Shown: one piece after another, positions 58,769 to 64,000 of the stretch | Numbering within the stretch: the first letter of the stretch is position 1 | Layout of the letters: every line of letters begins with the position of its first letter | NCBI RefSeq assembly: GCF_006345805.1 | Contig: NC_043008.1 | Span: 68,758,001-68,822,000 of the forward strand | Direction: 5' to 3' | DNA: 64,000 bases | From: Octopus sinensis | Taxonomy: Eukaryota | Notes under the pieces: model-generated | What the model was told of the DNA's origin: nothing | Seen by the model: only the letters and a program-made list of their open reading frames with translations | Databases searched by the model: none | Made by a program: the position numbers and the translations under genes

Positions 58769-58816
58769 CTGTGACTGAAGAGGAAATAACCACTCCGAAA
58801 TGCTAGCAACTCGCAG
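58769..58816 (+). ncRNA. Minimal hammerhead-like motif with U16.1 mutated
   Basis: CTGTGA-CTGAAGA-GGA aataaccac TCC-GAAA TGCTAGCA A C-TCGCAG: 6-bp stem I, palindromic stem III. Confidence 0.6.
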
Positions 58817-59399
58817 TCTGGATAGGTAGCGCTGCGAACTGAACTCGGTGTATTTACATCATTTGTCTAAAGCGAGAAATTTTCACCATGACAAAACATA
58901 GTGAATGGCTTGCTTGCAGGTTCGAACGTGCCATATGCATATTTGAACTGGTAATAACATTGCATCAACGACTGTGTTTGTTTATTTGTGTTTATGCGCG
59001 CGCGTGTGCGTTTGTGCATGTATATGTGTTTGTGCATGTATGTGTGAGTGCGTGTGTGTGAGTGTGCGTATGTGTTATTGGGAATTTATCAGCCGTTGAT
59101 AATTACTAATATCTAAGCTATGTATTCTAAACTTAATCACATCACACCCATACACGCACATACAAACACTCCCACATACACACACAGAACACACACACAC
59201 ACACACACACACACATGCACATCAATATTTGTGAGTGCGCGCTCGTTTCGATATTCGTTGCTGATGATGATTAATGGAGAATGATGATTGATATGATTGA
59301 GAGAACATTTTAAAAATCGAGTAAAATTCAAAATGATTGAAAAGAAAACACGAAAATGTTTTAGTTGGAAGCAAAATAAATAGGTTGTTAGGGGCATGT

Positions 59400-59409
59400 C
59401 TAACTTGTG

Positions 59410-59480
<71 letters not shown>

Positions 59481-59504
59481 ACCACCACCACCACTACCAC
59501 CACC

Positions 59505-59571
<67 letters not shown>

Positions 59572-59667
59572 TTGTTGCTGCATCTGCTGCTGCTGCTAGT
59601 ACTACTGCTGCTACTGCTGCTACTACTGCTGGGATTACCCACCACTACCACCACCACTACCACCACC

Positions 59668-59718
<51 letters not shown>

Positions 59719-59752
59719 GTTACTGCTGCTGCTGCTACTGCTGCTGCTGCTG

Positions 59753-59797
<45 letters not shown>
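59400..59797. repeat. Compound trinucleotide array (CTA/CTG/CCA)
   Basis: Direct reading. Confidence 0.95.
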
Positions 59798-59798
<1 letters not shown>

Positions 59799-60639
59799 GA
59801 CCCCGAAAGGATGAAAGGCAAAGTCGACCTCGGCGGAATTTGAACTCAGAACGTAGCGGCAGACGATATACCACTAAGCATTTCACCCGGCGTGCTAACG
59901 ATTCTGCCAGCTCGCCGCCCTAATGAAGGAATATATTGTCAGAGGAGCAAAAGAGATGTTGAGAGAAATTATCAGGAAATGCTGATCTGCGGCATATTGA
60001 TAGCATGATATTGTGCGAGGTATGATTGAGAAAGAACTTAGCTGTTGGTTAGATAGACTACAAGAATGCATTTGATAATGTAACATATCACTGGTTTCTG
60101 TAGTACGTGTGGACACTCGATGTCAATGAGAAGATAACAAATATTTTTTATGGAAAAAGCCAGGCGATCAATGGAATTAGAATTAGATTGGGGTTGCTGC
60201 AGGACGATAGGATAATGGAAAGAGAAATGAGAGATAAGGTCTCTAAAGAGTACATAAAAGAGCAAGTAAGTAAACAAACAAACTGCAGGTAATGTAATGG
60301 AAGCAATCAATACACAGGACCTGCCATTATTAAGATGCTTTAGGCGGAGAACTGGCAGAATCGCTTGTACGATGGGGAACATGCTTGGAGGTAGTTCGTC
60401 CGTCTTTATGGTCTGAATTAAAATTTCGCCGAGGTCGACTTTGCTATTCACCCTTTCGGAATCGATAAAATAAATACTAGTTGAACACTGGGATCGATGT
60501 AAACGACTTACTCTCTCCCCCCGAAATTGTTTGCCTTGTGCCAAGATTTGAAACCATAAGTTAGATATTTGCTCCTTTTATATGAGAATTAAATAGAAGA
60601 ACTAGGAAGCTGCTAACGATGCACAATGTGTACCAGCAT

Positions 60640-61560
60640 CAAAGGTAGTATGGACAGGCTCTAAGTATGATTACTTTCCAGGAAATGAAGGTTTCAGTGG
60701 TTTGTTAAATGCAGAAGGTACTATCAATATTGGGTTTGAAAGACTATCTTGTGAACAGTGAAGAAACACTAACATCTGTGGTTAGAAATATCCAAATTGT
60801 CATTGAGACAATAAGGGAATTCAAGAGCAGTAAGAAAAACGACAGAACTAATACTGGAAAGGGAATACATCACGAAGAAGCTGAAGGTGTTGAGAGTGAA
60901 GAACACTGGTTGTTGCTGATAGGTGGAAACATGAAGCTTGAAAATGAATCGCTAATCATAGCTGCTCAAGAGCAAGATATCAGATAAAACTTGATGAAAG
61001 GTGAAGATCGATAAAACTCAGTACAGAATCTGTGGAAAATGTGGTAAAAGTACTATCTTCGAAGCCAGTGCAGTAGCTAACAGAAAAAGAGTATAAATAC
61101 AGGCATGACTGTATCTGTAAAGATTGCTTCGGAATGTAAGCCAAGCTTGTGAATTCGAAGTACAGAAAATTGGTATAAAGATTAGTCTGAGGTTGTGTGG
61201 TGAATGACCATTACATTTTATGGGATTTCCCACTGAGATATACTATTAATGTAAGGAGAAGTGATACGATCGTCGCGGCCAAAAAGAAAAATTTAGAATT
61301 TAAATCCAATATGAAAGGCTGGAGTATACTGGAGTTAAGACACGAATTACCGACCTGCAGAAAAGTTTAATCGTGTAATCTGCAGCAATAATAAGAAAAA
61401 TTCTTGAGATTTAAGGTGACGTTTTCTTATCAGAACTTAGGGTAACATTGGAGTGTAAACCAAGTTTGTGAATTCGAAGTAACGGAAAAATAGAATAAAG
61501 ACGCCAGAGGCTGTCTAGTGAATAAATAATTACACGATTTTAGGGTAATATCTTGCCTAA
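60640..61560 (+). mobile_element. Highly decayed RLE-type LINE relic
   Basis: LKLENESLIIAAQEQ-like motif followed by RICGKCG. Confidence 0.55.
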
Positions 61561-61918
61561 TTAGATTAACTTTTAATATTTTATGTACAAATATAATAAT
61601 GATAATAAATATAATAACAATCATAATAATAATAATAGTCGTAATAATATAACAGTAGTAGTAACCATAAAATAATAGTAGTAGTAGTAACAGCAAAACA
61701 AAAGTAGCGCAAACGACGACGACGACGACGACCACCACCACCACCGCAACAACAACAACAACAACAACAGCAGCAGTATTAATAATGCCCCACGAGTTGT
61801 AGTTCGACATGAAACATCGGTAAGCCGGTTACATCACCAATACTACGTTAAGTGCATAACAACAACAACAACAACAATAATAATAATAATAATAATGATG
61901 ATGATAATAATGATGATG

Positions 61919-61971
<53 letters not shown>

Positions 61972-62339
61972 GATACTGACACTAATAACAACAATAATAA
62001 TAATATAAAGAAGAACAGCAACAACTGCAATAACAACAAGAAGCAGAAGGAGAGGAAGATAAGGAAGTGGATAGGCGAAGACATGGGAGGTTTCTCTGTT
62101 TAAAGTATTGCATATTAGTATTGACTGTGCATCATGGCAACTGTGAACACAGTTTCTAGATAACCTTTGTTTTAATATAGATTAAGAATAGAGAAGTCTG
62201 TGATAATAGCAGCACGGCAGAGTTGAAAAGACAGAAAGAAACAACAGCAGCAACCACAACAACAGCAATTGTAATAGTAGCAGTAACGATAACAATGATG
62301 ATGATGACGATGATGATGATAATAATAATAATAATCATG

Positions 62340-62382
<43 letters not shown>

Positions 62383-62402
62383 TAATAATAATAATAATCA
62401 TG

Positions 62403-62460
<58 letters not shown>

Positions 62461-62541
62461 TACTATAATGTTAATAATAATAAAAATGATAATAATAATA
62501 ATGACAATGAAAATAATAATAATGATGATGATGATGATAAT

Positions 62542-62576
<35 letters not shown>

Positions 62577-62582
62577 GATTAT

Positions 62583-62628
<46 letters not shown>

Positions 62629-62745
62629 TACTATAATGTTAATAATAATAAAAATGATAATAATAATAATGACAATGAAAATAATAATAATGATGATGAT
62701 GATGATAATATTATTAATAATAATAATAATAATAATAATGATTAT

Positions 62746-62806
<61 letters not shown>

Positions 62807-62820
62807 TTATTATTATTATA
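61560..62820. repeat. Compound (AAT)/(GAT)/(AAC) array with a 168-bp internal duplication
   Basis: GATACTATAATGTTAAT... starts at both 62459 and 62627. Confidence 0.9.
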
Positions 62821-63556
62821 AATCTCATGCAAAGCTATATTGCTTTACAATAAGTGTTGTTGGAGCATCGAGTGTCTTTTACAAAATTTCCATTCTTTTC
62901 AAGAGAGTCGATATAATTCCACGAAAGCACTGATTGACGTTTGGTCAATTTTGCTAGGTTGCTGAGCTGTGAGCTCAAGAACAATTATTCTATTTTTCCA
63001 GAATTGCAATACAAAAAATGGAAAGATGCTTGATTCTATTGTTGAATTCTATAGAGCTTTTATCTTTTCCAAGAATGAAATATCTCGCCTGGTCTTAGAG
63101 AGTATTAAGTCGCTTGTTGTTGTTTTAGATTTTCTCGTTGTTGCTGTTGTTGTCGTAATATTCATTGTTACATTAATCTTCTGCAATTATTTCATTTGCT
63201 CCCCACTTTGTAAAAAAAAAAAAAAAATAACAAAAAGCATGCAAATATTCACAAAGCTCTTTCACTCCCATTGACATGTTTTTAAACATTGTATATATAA
63301 CAACTATTGTCTAGTAGAAAGTTATGTGGAAGAGTTTCGCAGCTCTCTTGCGATCATATGAATTGAGAAACTTAACTGTTCACTGGCTAACTCGTCTTCC
63401 CAACGAGCTTTAAATACCATGCATAAGTTCAGCTCAAGACACTGAACAGACACACAAGTTATGTATGTATCGCAGGCCTTTCTAACCCACATGAGAGCTA
63501 CATTCGACGGTCTTATTCCAGTCTTTGATACAGCAGAGACAATTGTAAATAATAAA

Positions 63557-64000
63557 TCATTGCTTGGATCTAAGTACCTGAGGAGTGGAACGTACAATTT
63601 CCTGTAAGTCAGACTGCTTCATAACCGCAGCAGAAAAAATGGAAAAGGCGTTGCCCCTGAGAATGGCGATGGAGATGTGTTGGAACAGCCAATCTGACTC
63701 ACAGGACTCGCACTTGGGGCAGCCATCTCCGCCTCGATAGCAATGAAAAGGGATATGTTCCAGGGTCCAAGAACGCCGAGGTCTCCACTACTGCTATGCT
63801 CGATCATAAACCTATCGGGGAGTGATATAGAAGAAATAACGTACGAGAAGTATGGAGGGGGTTGTATTAAATTCCCAAGTATCTTTCCTAAACATCTCGC
63901 ATCAGGAATTTATACAACCAGCAGTTTAGCGTTTAAAGACACATTTATGCAATTACCTTACAAAATTTCTGCGACACTTGCCTAATGTTACCCCTGATAC
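63557..64000 (-). mobile_element. CRE-like non-LTR retrotransposon C-terminal relic
   Basis: Minus strand VET.GVLGP (frameshifted) ... ESDWLFQHISIAILRGNAFSI, resembling the WL.QR.SIA.QRGNA terminus of CRE-type elements. Confidence 0.65.

Overview
AT-rich, microsatellite-saturated eukaryotic DNA. The SINE and simple-repeat make-up suggests an octopus genome (inference). I found no supportable host protein-coding gene, rRNA, true tRNA or CRISPR array; most listed ORFs are translations of (TA)n, (TATG)n, (CA)n or (AAT)n. The window is mainly decayed mobile elements: maT/Tc1/mariner DNA transposons, a non-autonomous Helitron, CR1-like, R4/Dong-like and CRE-like non-LTR fragments, four tRNA-headed SINE families, and Penelope-like element (PLE) RT and GIY-YIG remnants. 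The most notable signal is roughly nine sequence-unrelated families of small type I hammerhead-ribozyme-like motifs, several with palindromic stem III and some with variant cores. In five fold-back (inverted repeat) structures the motifs point outward, and most arms end at (TA)n. One such structure encloses a GIY-YIG remnant, linking the pattern to PLEs. All folds were read by eye, coordinates of degenerate elements are approximate, and ribozyme activity is untested.
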